DNA of 61,309 bases, filler included, from Dirinaria sp. TL-2023a (GCA_051941275.1; 7 parts of 7 records of this genome joined end to end with filler, not necessarily neighbours in it), one strand, 5' to 3'. Counted from the whole stretch's first letter, positions 36,930-49,108 are shown. Notes: generated by a model from the sequence alone, not told the origin. Translations and numbers: made by a program.

Positions 36930-38179
36930 ATGTCATCACGACTGGAGACTCTGCCAATGGAGATCCATGAAGAAATCGCCAGCAATCTTACAACTCAAGA
37001 CATCCTCAGCCTTTGTGTTACGTCTAAGAAAGTCCATTCCCGTTGTGTGCGTCTTATCTATCGCACGGTTAATATCTCTCTGCATCACAGCCCTCGAAGA
37101 GATAATTACCTTGTGCAGAACATCTACGAAAACCCTGATTACGAACACTCTGACAGATCGATCTTTCACGGTAGTTTGAGTCTGGATGGGCGCTCGGGTA
37201 ATATGGTTCGAATTTGTCGTCACAGGCAAAGCCTCTTGATCGAGAACCTGAGTCAGCATCTCGAGCGGGCGAAGTTTGTTCAAGACTTCAGCTGGACCAT
37301 CTTGTTTCCGGATGACGTTATTTTAGGATATAGTCGTCCAAAACGCCAAGCAAAGGTAGATTCGGCTCCCAGGTCTTACACTCGAGACCAACTAGAGGTG
37401 CTCTTTCTACAGCTGAAGAATGTGAAACACGTTGATCTAGCCAGGAGTTCCTGCATAGACATGTTTGTTACCTTCCACAACGGACTCTTACCCACCGGTC
37501 TCCAGCTGTTACATCAATCCAGCTCTGTGGAATCATGGGAGCAGCATTGATAAGCTCTATTCTTCATCCGCACAGACTCAATAAAATCCAGCATCTGAGT
37601 TTAGACTCCTTGCAGGTCGCTGGTTATTATCGTCCAAGCCCATCTATATTTAATGATTATAGCTTCCTGGAGGCGAGAGGGGGTCTGACCTCGGAATGGA
37701 TCGGTTCCTTAACAGCGCTGAAATCTCTAACCATACGCATTCCTTGGGATGAGCAGCGCAACAGACGCAACAGTGATTTGACACCGCTAGATCCTGACCG
37801 AACGTACAAAGAGTTGGCTAAACTTCTAGAGCCGGTGAGGGGCAGCTTGGAAATCTTTGTTCTTGATCGCTATGATCCAGCAGGCTTCTGGGACCGCAGG
37901 AAATACCGCGAATGTGGAGTCTGTCTTTACCCCGTACTTTTATCTGGACCTTGGCCGCGTTTGCGTGTTCTATGCATGAACAAGGGAAGGGTCACTAAGC
38001 GAGCGTATCCTAATGGGATGCTGGAAAAGGTCCGGCTAGCACTTGGACCTGAAGTTGAATGCTTGCTGCCTGAGACTGAATTAGTCGCCCCTTGGTACAA
38101 GACCGCAGAGAAGGGTAACCTACTAACTAGGATCAGGAATGGGGTCTGCGAGGGAATCAAGACTGGAGCTCGACGTTGA
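36930..38179 (+). pseudogene. F-box domain protein, frameshifted near 37500 (pseudogene or assembly indel)
   Basis: N-terminal F-box RLETLPMEIHEEIASNLTTQDILSLCVTSK. Two overlapping ORFs (36930-37550, 37535-38179) have no usable intron between them. The second frame already reads PAVTSIQLCGIMG before its ATG and has LRR-like LxxLxL segments. Confidence 0.7.
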
Positions 38180-38941
38180 AGGGACTGAGGCACCGACCTG
38201 GACTTGAGAGACGAGCAACAGAACTTTAGAGATGGGAAAACCCGAGTTGAGGCTCGAAACAATCCTATCCGGGGGGGATCTCACTAGCGGGTTAGGTCAG
38301 CAGTGTTAAGCTATTGCTGTCAATGGTGAAGGATGGAACAACTATTAGCTCGTCAACGATATGAGCAACTCAACATAGATACAAAGTTTTAGCGGCCAAA
38401 GCTCGTGACAGTGTTTGGACCTCATTATCATAGAAAGCGCCTGGCGAACGCTTCGCTCATCCTTGCGGCTAATGGATCGATGATAAGCCTCCATTTACAA
38501 GGATGTTTTCACCATTAGATCTTGTGTGGGGACATCGCAGGAATTCGTAGAATCGCGGCTTCTTCTCAACAGTCAAAAATAGCCTTCTAACTCGTCGTGA
38601 TGAAATGGATGAGACTACCGACGTTAGCCATTGACAGTGCTAGTAATCGTAAACCATTCGGAGACGTGGGATGTGCAATTGATCGAGCAGCGATGGCTAG
38701 TCAGTCACTTGAATTTCCCCATATGCTTGTCACCAGCGACGAGTACAGGATGAGAATGAACTCAAGAACCACCGAGAATAAGAACAAAATCCAGGCAACG
38801 TTTGAAAGAGCTCACAAGGCAGGTTTAACACGAAATGTTGAGCTTTACTTAAGCCTTGCCTTGACGACAAGTCATAAGCTTGCTATCGGACAGTGAGGGT
38901 GCTCGATTTCGTTATACATTTACACAAGACTTCCACTGCAT

Positions 38942-40792
38942 TTACGTCGTATCATCCTGCCGCCCACCTGCCCCTTCGATGCCTGCAACAGGTACTGCTC
39001 TGGTCAATTTATCCTCTAGCGCATTCATCTCCAGCTCCGTCTTATTGAGAGGCGAATAGAGTATCCAGAATATTATGGTGGAAACAACGCACGCGATGCA
39101 AATTCCCGTATAAAACCAGACGAACTTGGGATCGTAAGCCACAGTTGACACACCAATGCCGATAATCGACCCAAACGCGGTGGTGAACAGATACATCGAC
39201 ATGATAAAGCTTTTCATACTCGCCGGAGCCTTGGTAAAAGCATATTCTAAGCCTGTAATATTGGCAAAGATCTCGGAAAGTCCGATAAGCATGTAACCTG
39301 GTGTTTGAATCGCGACATGAATGTCATTCGGACCATTATCCCCAGGGTCGTTGAAGTAGGGAGGTCGAATATAAATTTCGTGCTGAATGACGGCAGCGAA
39401 AGCCATGGACAGTGCCGCCAGGCTAAATCCAATAGTAATACGGGTGATAGGGTACAGTGGGAAGCCAATCCTTCGCATGAACGGGTAGAAGAACTTGTCG
39501 AGAAGAGGAATGAATATCAAAATGACGACTGGGTCGATGTTTTGCATTTCGTCATTCGGCATGCCATGCAATTGCATGCTGCCCGCTTGATTCACGAAGT
39601 TTGAACTTAACTGATTATAGATGACCCAAAAAATTGGAAAGAAGAGAAACACTCTGCAAGCAGCAAGAGCGCGCTTCAATTCGTCGATGAATAAATCATT
39701 CCAAGGCGTATTGAACTTTTGACCATGCGCAGCCTGGTATGACGGTTTGGCAGCGTCCATTCTTCTCCCACTGACCAGGCCGATCCAAAGAGCTTTGAAA
39801 GCATGGGGTAGAACCGAGCCTTGAGGAGGGCGTGTGACGTAGTATTTGCGTCCGAGCAGGAGAACGGCAAAACCGACAAGGAAGGTCAATAGTCCCAACA
39901 AATTGACTGTCCAATATCCTGTATATTTCTCCATGAAGACTGTAGCGACCAAGCTTAAGGATCCAACGTTGATGCTGAAATAGAATATCATGTAGATGCG
40001 CTGGTAGGTAATGTTGGGATCTTGGATGACTCGCTCGCCGCTTTTGGTGGTCTTAATCTTCATCTTCGTCTCCGTCATCTGCTCAGCGATCAGGGGCGAG
40101 ACGTTGGATTTGATGCCGCCTGTCCCAAGACTGTAGAGTATCCAGTAAGCACGCGATTTAATTCCAAGTTGAGCGAGGTATTATGAGAATGGTACTAACC
40201 CTACAACAGTCATGGCTGTCGCAAGTCCGCCAAGGGCAGCGCCATTCTCAATGGCGAATGGAAGCGATGTGAGGAAGAGGATGATGAGACCACAAATATA
40301 GACACAAGAGAAGACGAGAATAGTTTTGTATCGGCCGAGGTACTGGTCTGCCACGATTGCTCCAATAATGGGGGTTACGTAGCACCAGAACTGCCAATAA
40401 TTCTGCAACCCCGACGCAAACGCCGAACCTCTTCCAATGGCGCCTGGTAAGTCATCACCGGTATATGGGGGCCCGCTACCGTATGGGTTTGAGAGGTAGT
40501 TATTGAATACGCCGCTGACTCCGTAGTAGCAGAATCGCTCGCAAAGCTCGATGATGCAGATCAGCCATGTGCGCGCGGGCAGAGTGTAGGGAACGTGTCT
40601 CAGAGTGTCCAGCTCTTCTTTTGTCGGGTACTCGTTGCCAAATTCATCGGTCCCACCGAATTCCTGCTGAGCATCGTAGATGGGTGCAGGCTTCTCGTCG
40701 CTGGTCAGGATCCCTCCTCCGACGTCCTTCTCTTTCGCATGATCAAACTCAGCGTGCATCTGCACCGCGAGCGATTCGCGATCTTGAGCCAT
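38942..40792 (-). CDS. PTR2: POT/PTR2 family proton-dependent oligopeptide transporter
   Basis: ELCERFCYYG (ExxERFxYYG), GAIVADQYLGRY, GLGTGGIKSN across intron 40131-40199, FYFSINVGS, GLEYAFTKAPASMKS. An upstream in-frame ATG at 40882 is an alternative start. Confidence 0.95.
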
Positions 40793-41827
40793 CTCGTCCT
40801 CTGTACGATCGAGTGGGGTATATCGAGCGGTCTTTCCACTGCCGCGGACATGGTAAAGGAACGACCGGATCCATGGGCGCATTCTGCCTTTGTATCATTG
40901 CGTGATCCTTAGACTGCAAGGGATTCGGGTTCGCCAAGCCGTGGCCTGAATAGAAGGGAGGGTCGTGAGGGGTTCGTGGAAGGGAACAGCGATGGTGACA
41001 TGCGCTGGACGAATGGGTGTCGGCTTCGAGGTTATGCAAGATTGCAGAATGCAGTCGTCAGCCACTAGATCGACCGAATTGCAGCGAGTGTGACAGAAGT
41101 CATCGTTGTAGGATGAGCGGACTGCGAGCTTCATTAGGAATGTAGTATTGGATAATACCGAAGCCAAAGCCGTTTGGCGTTGCAGATATTGCGATTAGAT
41201 GCATAAAGTTCACTGGCCAATCAAATCGATTTTCATTATCCGTGATATCTTGGCCGATGATCATGACAAGAAATCATGCCTAGGCGCTATTGCTTCTCAT
41301 CCCTACTGTAAGCTCTCCTAATCAGTTGCATGAATGAAGTAGAGCACGTATGTACGCGTGGTCACCTGGATACTGGATCGTTGGACAAGATTCGAGTTTC
41401 TGGAACCTCGCTTGCTCGTATGTCACGTGTCTTAGCATATTTCATGTAAGGTTCAAACCCACTACCATCCTTGCAATTCTAATCTCAGTGCCATCAAATA
41501 TGTCAAATCCCAATAGTCTCTAGAAGCGCCAGTCACCGTTCGCACAAGCTTTTCGTGGATCAGTGTGTGCTGATCCTGATCTTGATACAGAGGCCTGAGT
41601 CGTACAGATCCTTCTGAAGAGATTGCAATGCAGAACATGATCCGCATGCTGCTCGATTCTGCAGTCTGCTTTCCCCTCGAATCTGGTCTTGAGTCTGGCG
41701 GCTTCGCGCAACTAGGCATAGATTTAGGTATTGATACTTTTGAATCTGCCTGCGCAACAAACGCCACTATCGTCGACTTTTTATTATTGTTAGGCTTCGC
41801 AAGCCATGCCATGATCCTCTCCGATGC

Positions 41828-42444
41828 TTACATACCACGTCTACGGGTCTCCGCCTGTTTCAAGGGCGCAGTGTTGGATTTCGTATTCCAATATCCCGTA
41901 ATGACCAACCCGAGGGCCCCCAGTTGCGCATCCACCACAAGGACCTGCGTCGCGAAAGTCCAGTGATGCTCCGTCACGATGTCTTCGAGAGCACCGATCA
42001 CTTCCAAAGCGACCATCAGCGTCATCGCGGCCCCGGAGTTCACTTGGAGAAAAACGTTGTTGCTCCTCCACCGCTTGTTCGGCATGTGACTGTTGCCGCG
42101 GAGGGTAATCTGGCGAACGATGAATGCCTCTGCGTCGTGGAGACAGACATTCAAATCTTGCTCGTTCAGACGATCCCCGTAATCGGTGAGGAAGAGGGTG
42201 ATGCTTGTGTCGGGGATTGGGTATCGAGCTGTTTCATTCAGAACTTGTGGATTGCTGCTTTTAATTAGTATGTAATATCAGAGGCCGCATCGTATACTTA
42301 CGTTGCATTGGTATTAAGGAATAAGGCTCCATTCAGTGGATTTCCCGATTGTAGCGCTGATAACGATGCAGGTTTCAGAACGGCTGCTTGGTCTGAAAGC
42401 TTCAGTAATAGAGCAACAACGAAGGTCAGAGCAAGAAGCATCAT
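41828..42444 (-). CDS. Orphan small secreted protein, 2 exons
   Basis: Signal peptide MMLLALTFVVALLLKLSDQA. Intron 42258-42301 (GTAAGT..CTAAT..AAG) joins in frame to SNPQVLNETARYPIPDTSITLFLTDYG..WTFATQVLVVDAQLGALG..RRRGM*. The terminal GTATGT could instead be a further donor. Confidence 0.72.
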
Positions 42445-42947
42445 CTCTCAAAAACTTCACTTCGGAAGTCCATCGACCAGAAGCAGGTTTCAAGAAGCCA
42501 TGAAAATCTGTACTTACCTTCAGATGACGGCAACAATGCATCGCGAAGTTCACATAGGCGACTTGCGTCGAGCCGATAAGCCCCCACAAGTGGGGAAGTT
42601 GGGGAAGCACCAACTTTAGTAACAATCCACTGCCGATTCGTTTCCTGCTAGTTTGGATGCGCTTTTTTCCCCGGATCTAAAATGCCGTTGGCTATTTGTA
42701 AAACCGGGACCGGGTGGACCGGTTCGCCACCAAATGTGGAAAGTTGACGAAAACGATTAGCCTCCGCAAGATGACAGTCCTCGGAAACGCTAGTGCTCAG
42801 GTAATGGATAATAGATATAGGCAGTGGCCCGGATAGTATACATGGCAGTCCGCAGAATGGCAGTCGGCGGATAGATAAACCGCAGAGCTTCGGGTAATAG
42901 TAATATCGGGTATATAGTAACCCACAATTCCTCGCTTTTCTTATAGA

Positions 42948-43797
42948 TGTTAGGCAATTAATCACACACATACAAACTGTCAAACATAGATACAATTGAT
43001 CTCAAAAACACCTTCTAAATCTGACAGTTATGAGCTCGAATGACGTTCAAATGTTGTCTACAATCACACTACACTTAGACTTCTAAGGGTACTGCATAGT
43101 TCAGTACTTTCTTGCTCACACGTATATCATCTACACTATTTACATCATTGTTTACACATCAAGGGTACTGCACTTTCCGATACTATCTTACTCAAAGGCA
43201 CACTCACATCAGTATTTACATCATACTGCACTACCTGCACTTTCTTTTCTCTACACGACTTACATCATACCTCATCGACGATAGCTCATCTACGATGTCA
43301 GAAATTAAAAGGGAAGTCAAATTGAGCTCTCAAAAGGATTGAGATGCCTGATTTGTCATAGTTAGGGCAAAAGCTATTGAATATCAAATATGGCCTCTCA
43401 TTAACCCCGCAACAGTATCAAAGTCAATTGAGAGTATCAGATCTATCGAGTCGATATTGAATGATATGCAGAGAGCCGACTTCAATGAAAAGAACATCCG
43501 CTATAATCATGCCCAGATCAGATTCAAAAGAGACCTCAAAATCTGAAAAGAAGAGAAAAAAGCAATGAGCAAAATAATAAACTACATATACGAAATCACT
43601 AGTTCGGCAAACTTAATCTGCATTCAGAAGATTGAAGTATACTTTTGAAATGTGCTCCGCACATTGAAAGCACGTCTTGCTTCGTCAGACTCAGCAAGAT
43701 TTCTGAAACTGAAAAACAAATACAAACGTCTTGTGAAAGCATCGTTCAAACAAAATGCAGAGTTCTGACTTGATGAGTATCAAAAAATCTACATCTT
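42948..43797 (+). mobile_element. Decayed Ty1/copia LTR retrotransposon 5' end (short LTR-like unit, PBS, gag), truncated by contig end
   Basis: TGTTAG(42948)...CTGACA(43026) near-inverted ends, immediately followed by GTTATGAGCTC, which resembles the GGTTATGAGCCC PBS of fungal copia elements. From the ATG at 43295 one frame reads MSEIKREVKLSSQKD*DA*FVIVRAKAIEYQIWPLINP..F*NVLRTLKARLASSDSAR..KYKRL..QNAEF*LDEY, like fungal copia gag with Trp replaced by TGA. Confidence 0.82.
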
Positions 43798-43897
43798 NNN
43801 NNNNNNNNNNNNNNNNNNNNNNNNNNNNNNNNNNNNNNNNNTTAATTAATTAANNNNNNNNNNNNNNNNNNNNNNNNNNNNNNNNNNNNNNNNNNNN
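43798..43897. other. Artificial contig spacer
   Basis: N44-TTAATTAATTAA-N44. Confidence 0.99.
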
Positions 43898-44374
43898 ATG
43901 TGTTCCATGTTGTGTGCAGCAGCAGCGCGGCGGTATATATAAACAATGCCTTTGCGAAGCGAATATATCGAGTAAACTAAACCTACTTACTTATATAGAA
44001 AACCTTTTTTTCTCTCTTGTCAAGAAAAGAAAGGAAACAAGACAAAAAACAAAAAAACAAAAAACGAACGACACAAGTTTTCCATTATCCGCAATGCAAC
44101 GCTGAGATTTTTCCCCAAAAAAAAAACACACCCGAATTTTCAAACGAATCAATTTCCAAGTAACAAAGATCAAAAGCCAGATTGATTCCTTCTCAAAAGC
44201 GAACATGAAAGGATAGAGTCATCGTTTCTTACACCTTTGTAATATCTTCTCCCTCGCTCTCTTTTGTGCGCGATGGCGTAGTTTGGGGCTTAAGATGGAT
44301 CGGGGCCCAATTGTAATTATCGGTATCGGACTGATAGTCCGATAAATCGTTTCATATTTGAAAGACTGCTTCAC

Positions 44375-44387
44375 CTTATCTGATAAG
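44375..44387. promoter_or_regulatory. Palindromic double-GATA site CTTATCTGATAAG (contains SreA-type ATCWGATAA)
   Basis: Exact match at 44378-44386; further TATC/GATA sites at ~44318-44345. Confidence 0.4.
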
Positions 44388-45905
44388 AGTCATGTGAGTG
44401 CAACCCCAGTTCCAATATGGTATACCCAGAGGCGATCTGGAGCACTGTCCCCAATGGTGGGATTTGGCAATCCATTCCAATCCGTAAAACATTGAGCTTA
44501 TGAACAGCAGCACGCACATGGATTCATTCTTGACTAGGAAATGATCTCACGTATATATATGATCGGTATTTGGCCTATGGAGTAGATTCTTAAATGAAGG
44601 AAGACTGATTGTCCTGATATCGTGCTCATTGATGCGTTCATGAGTGAGGTTCCGAAACTTGAGAACGCCGCCGCTCAGAGTTAGTTCAGAGAGAGGGTAT
44701 GAGTCGGATCATGGCTTTTGCTCCTCGCAGATAGTAACGTAATCTAGACGCTGGCTTGGCATACGTCTAATGACCCGGGATGCAAGTCGATAGAGGATGA
44801 GACAGAGAATGATGACGAATCATTTATTTCGAGATGAAGGGTCACCGGTGCTGTACATTGTAGCATCGTCAGTTCGCTATTCCTCCGAAGCTGATTGTAT
44901 GCGTTTGGCCTTGGACTAAAAAGAGCTACCAGGCGGCATGGTATATGATTATGATGAATTCCAATATTGTACTAAGCCTGGATTTTGGGTGGACACATCG
45001 AATGCCACAGATCTTGCTAGTAAAGACGTAAAATATACCAATAGGCAAATAGCACTGGCCCTTGAACCTCGCACTGAGTTGTAGATGTAGTATGGCTGCT
45101 GAGCATGCGTCGCCTTTGTTTCTAAAGCGCCAAGCTCGGCGCAATATTGGACATAAGATCGATTCCATACTGCCGTAGTTTTTCGAAACCTGCATGAGAT
45201 TGGTCAACTCGAGCTGAGTTGCCAACAGATCCGATGTCGCAGTGATTTCTACGTTGGAACCTCCTGCGAAGTAGACTGGGAGATCATTAAATGGGTTGGC
45301 TTGATCTTCTTCAAACGGATTCGAGTGACCTGATTTTGATGTCGGGAATAAAGAGCTCCGTTACGGTGGCGTAGAATTGTAGTGGTCGCGCGCGACATCG
45401 CTATATCTGCTTTTGGGTAGTGCTAGTGGCAAATAATGCTACAAGTAGGTTGGGATAATGTCCTCGATGCGTTCCCGGAGAATTGAGTCTTCCAGAGCAC
45501 TCCCAAAGCTCCTTCGAAACCCCATATTCGGTCTGCCATTGAAGTATGTCCAGATCGATTTGCCAGCACGTACATGTATATATCACCCACCAGACTATAG
45601 AATCCATGCAGCGTTAAAAGACTTTTGACCGGTCGTTCATCGTTCGTCTTATCATCAATCCGTAGAGCCGAGGCACCGGCTCGGACTTCATCACAGAGCG
45701 CCCCCTTAAGTATCTGGCTTAATCAAACATTTTGAGATCTACTTTGCTGATCGACGAGTATCCGGCGCGACTGGAAAGGTAATCGTGAACGTACCAAACA
45801 TTCGCCTTGAATGAGCGCAAAGTCCAAGGTGAAATTAGGAAAACGCCCAATCCCTTCACCATCCAAGATGTTAACGTATTTATATCAGACAGCTTTGAAA
45901 CAATC

Positions 45906-48290
45906 TTATCGTAGGATCGACTTCCTGACAAGCTCATCGGTATCCTCATCCTTATGTATCCTGGAACAATGTTGACGAAAGTTGTCGAGACGTGGCCAAA
46001 TCTTGTCCTTTTTCGTACATCCGGGTGCAGCACATCGATAGCTCTTGTCAGTGCCACTTCTCAGGCCCATCTTGTGCACACTTTTCATATGCCTGTCGAG
46101 ATCATTGTTGGTGCTAAAGCTCTTGGAACAATTGTCAATATGACATCTATACGGCCTAGTATGTCGGAGCATATGCTTTCTGAATGAAGTGTAAGTAGCT
46201 AGCCCATCGATCTAAATAGCATGACGAGACACTGACTTGAACTCGGAGTGATCTTTGCAAGTATGAGTGCAACCTTCGTAGGTACACCTCAATGGAATAC
46301 GGCCAGGCCTGGGCGAAACATCGGTGGTTATGTCCATCGGTACGTACCGATCCTCGTGCGGATGCACGATATTCTCTTGTTTGGGAACGTACCGATCATC
46401 ATGTGATCGCATGGCATTCTCTTTGACGGGCACGAACTGATTATCGCGAGCGTGTATGATATTCTCTTCGCGGGTGGTGCTTTGACTTCGCAGGGGACTG
46501 ATGGTCGATTTGGGAGCAAGGTCACTTTGTATTACGGTTTTCCAGATCGGAATCGCAATGTCCTCCAGATGCTTTGCCAGGTGAACAGTCAGTTTCTTCC
46601 AAGAGGTGCAGACGTGGCCGCAAAACCTGCAGCACTCTTCTTCCGGGCTCTTTTGCGTCTCGTGGAAACATGTCTCTACTAGCTTCCATACCGGATCTTC
46701 CGCAGCGTTATTTGCAGCTGGCTGCTTCTCTTGATTTTCAGGTGTTGCGCTAGCATGGAAAGGCCGAGGTCGAGGTTCTGGCAGTTTGTGCTCACGGACC
46801 AAATGCTGAACGAAATTATCTTTTCGGAAGCATTTGTGGGAGCAGTCCTGCAAATTGCACACCCACCATTCAAGCTGTCGATGTCGTTCATTCTCATGGC
46901 GGACCCAATCCGCTTTCCTTTTGAACGACTTGGGCTCTGAACAGTGTTCAAAGGTACATACAAACGGCTGGATATCCTCGTGAACATGTTTCACCCATTC
47001 GGATGGCTTGTGATATTTCTTCACCCTAAAGCAGAGCGGACACTCGAACGCAGCAGGAAAATTATGATTGGGTGGTACCGGGTATCCCGGAGGAAAGGCG
47101 GATGGACCGATGGAATATTCTGCTGTTTCGGCATCATGGCCGCCTTGATCTGATGGACTGGGTTGTCGCAATTGGGCTGCTTCGTTTGTCCGTGTATCTG
47201 ACGTGTCAGAGGGTTCCATAAAACGAACCGGGCTTCTGCTCCTAGACTTTATGTCATGCGCTGTCTCAAGCCAGCGACTATAACTTCTATCGTCTAGGCA
47301 GTGAGGGCCTGAAGGACATTTTTCCTGATGCCGCATCTGAATATGATCAAATTTGAGCTGGCTCAAGCTATCGAACCTGCGCAGTTGTTCTTGAACCAGC
47401 CGTTCAAGAAGATAATCTGGTAGGCGAGGGCTTAAGTTACGAATTTCAGTCTTACAAACATCACGGTCAAGCTTGGCTGTGTTCACCAACGTGGTGTTGG
47501 CCGACGAGGGGCCAGAAAAGTTTCCATCCCGACTTGGCTGCACAGGATGATAGTTCCTCATACTGTTCAGGTTCCTTTCGGGCAAAAGACCGGCATGCGC
47601 ATCGCGTTCCGGCTTTTCGTAGGAAAATTTTGGATGTGCGACTTTGTGCATCGGTGCGGTTTGCTGCATGGTACCAAGCTGTTGCGAAGGAAATCGCGAA
47701 GTCCAAGTCCTAACCAAGGACCCGTTCATGTTTTCACTCCTCTGTGGGGTCGGTAGCCATCTGTCCTTGTGCCCCCATGCCGTCTGTTCGGCGAGGCTCG
47801 AGATTTCGCCTAGCTGATTTCGATTCATTGGGTCAACGCCAGTACGAGAACGCGACTCTTCGGTCTCGGGCGGGCTGAGGCTTCGAGTCAAGACTCTCTG
47901 GGTGGTGTTCGGTCTATCCTTCAGGAGCACTGGAGAGTGTTGGGCCATGGCTCGCCCCATGGTGTTTTCTTGGATCTGCCTCGCTCTATCAAAGCCCCTA
48001 GAGAAGGGTGATGTTGCAGCAGTGGCTTCAGAAGGCGCTGGGGTCATCAATGGGACTGCGGGAGGACCACGACCCCTGTTCAACAGGATAGACCAGTCAA
48101 AGTTGGCTTTTGGGCCGGAGACGACTACGTATCGCGAGAAGATGCATTCTCGGCTTGCGCCCGCGCAGGCCATACACCCTTCATCGCTTTGCTGAAGGGC
48201 GCATTTCAAGTCTTTGGCTTGGCATGCCGCACAACGTGCGGTACCGTTGAATTGGACGAAGTCCCCATGAATAATAATGTCATGGGCCAT
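45906..48290 (-). CDS. Transcription factor with N-terminal Zn(II)2Cys6 cluster and multiple C2H2 fingers
   Basis: CAACQAKDLKCALQQSDEGCMACAGASREC (C-x2-C-x6-C-x8-C-x2-C-x6-C, 48144-48233). C2H2 fingers: FECPLC..KHVHED, FVCTFEHC..HENERH, WVCNLQDC..HLVREH, CRFC..HLAKH, LRCTYEGC..|KHMLRH (intron 46180-46236), YRCHIDNC..HMKSVH, YRCAAPGC..HCSRIH. Both ends uncertain. Confidence 0.88.
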
Positions 48291-48886
48291 TGTTACTACG
48301 GCTCGAGTCGTCGGCGAGATGCGGTGGCTGGGCGCGTGGCTTCCAAATGTACGAAAAGAACTGTCCAATCACTTTGGGTCGCACTCTGTATTAGACTTTC
48401 CATTATCATGCGCTGCTTTTTCTTTTTCGCCAAGTCGCCATTGATGAGCGGTTTGGTCGTGTTCCGCGCTGATGTTCCTTGGGTGACCTGGTGTTAATGT
48501 GGGGCAACCGGAGGCACAAAAAAAGGCGATGGCATGATAACATTAATAATGGTATATGAGTTTTATGGATTCAAGAGCACGCAGAAGCTGCAACTGAAGG
48601 CGTTTCGTCGAAGAGTCCGACTAAGTAATAATAAGAGTCGCAGGCATAATCTTTGCGAACGGGAAATCGCGTATCCGACGATATTTTTTGCGATGACTAA
48701 GCGCGCTTGCGCCGAGGCAGACCGGCAGATGCGGAGAAGCCAAGACCAAATGGAGCGAATCACAGCGAATCACAGCGCTGCGCTTCTGGCCCATTCCTTC
48801 CAGCTCGACTTATCCAACCAATGATCCAGACTCGACTCGTGGGCAAAAACCGGTTTCCCCGAACGCCGAACCCTTTTCACAACTTA

Positions 48887-48919
48887 GGGCAGCTGGGCAG
48901 ACTGGGCAGAACTGGGCAG
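48887..48919. repeat. Four GGGCAG units with progressively longer spacers
   Basis: gggcag-ct-gggcag-act-gggcag-aact-gggcag in the divergent intergenic region upstream of the TF. Confidence 0.7.
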
Positions 48920-49108
48920 TGCTCGGACACGGTTACGAAAGGCTTTAGGCTCCCACATACCACTTCAGGCGGAGCAGCCTCACCTCAGGGTAATGCTTTC
49001 ATCTGACCTTATATTCGCCGAGGCACCCTTTTCTCTCCTTCCGTTTCTCTCTTCTTCGCGGTCAGCCTCGCGCCTGATTTCCTACCCCCTACAGTATATA
49101 CCTCCACA

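Noticed and set aside
43295..43797. TGA=Trp alternative genetic code (mitochondrial insert) explaining the in-frame TGA codons
   Set aside because: The sequence is gag-like with LTR/PBS, Pro-to-Ser changes accompany the TGAs, and nuclear genes here use TGA as stop. Mutation is the simpler explanation.
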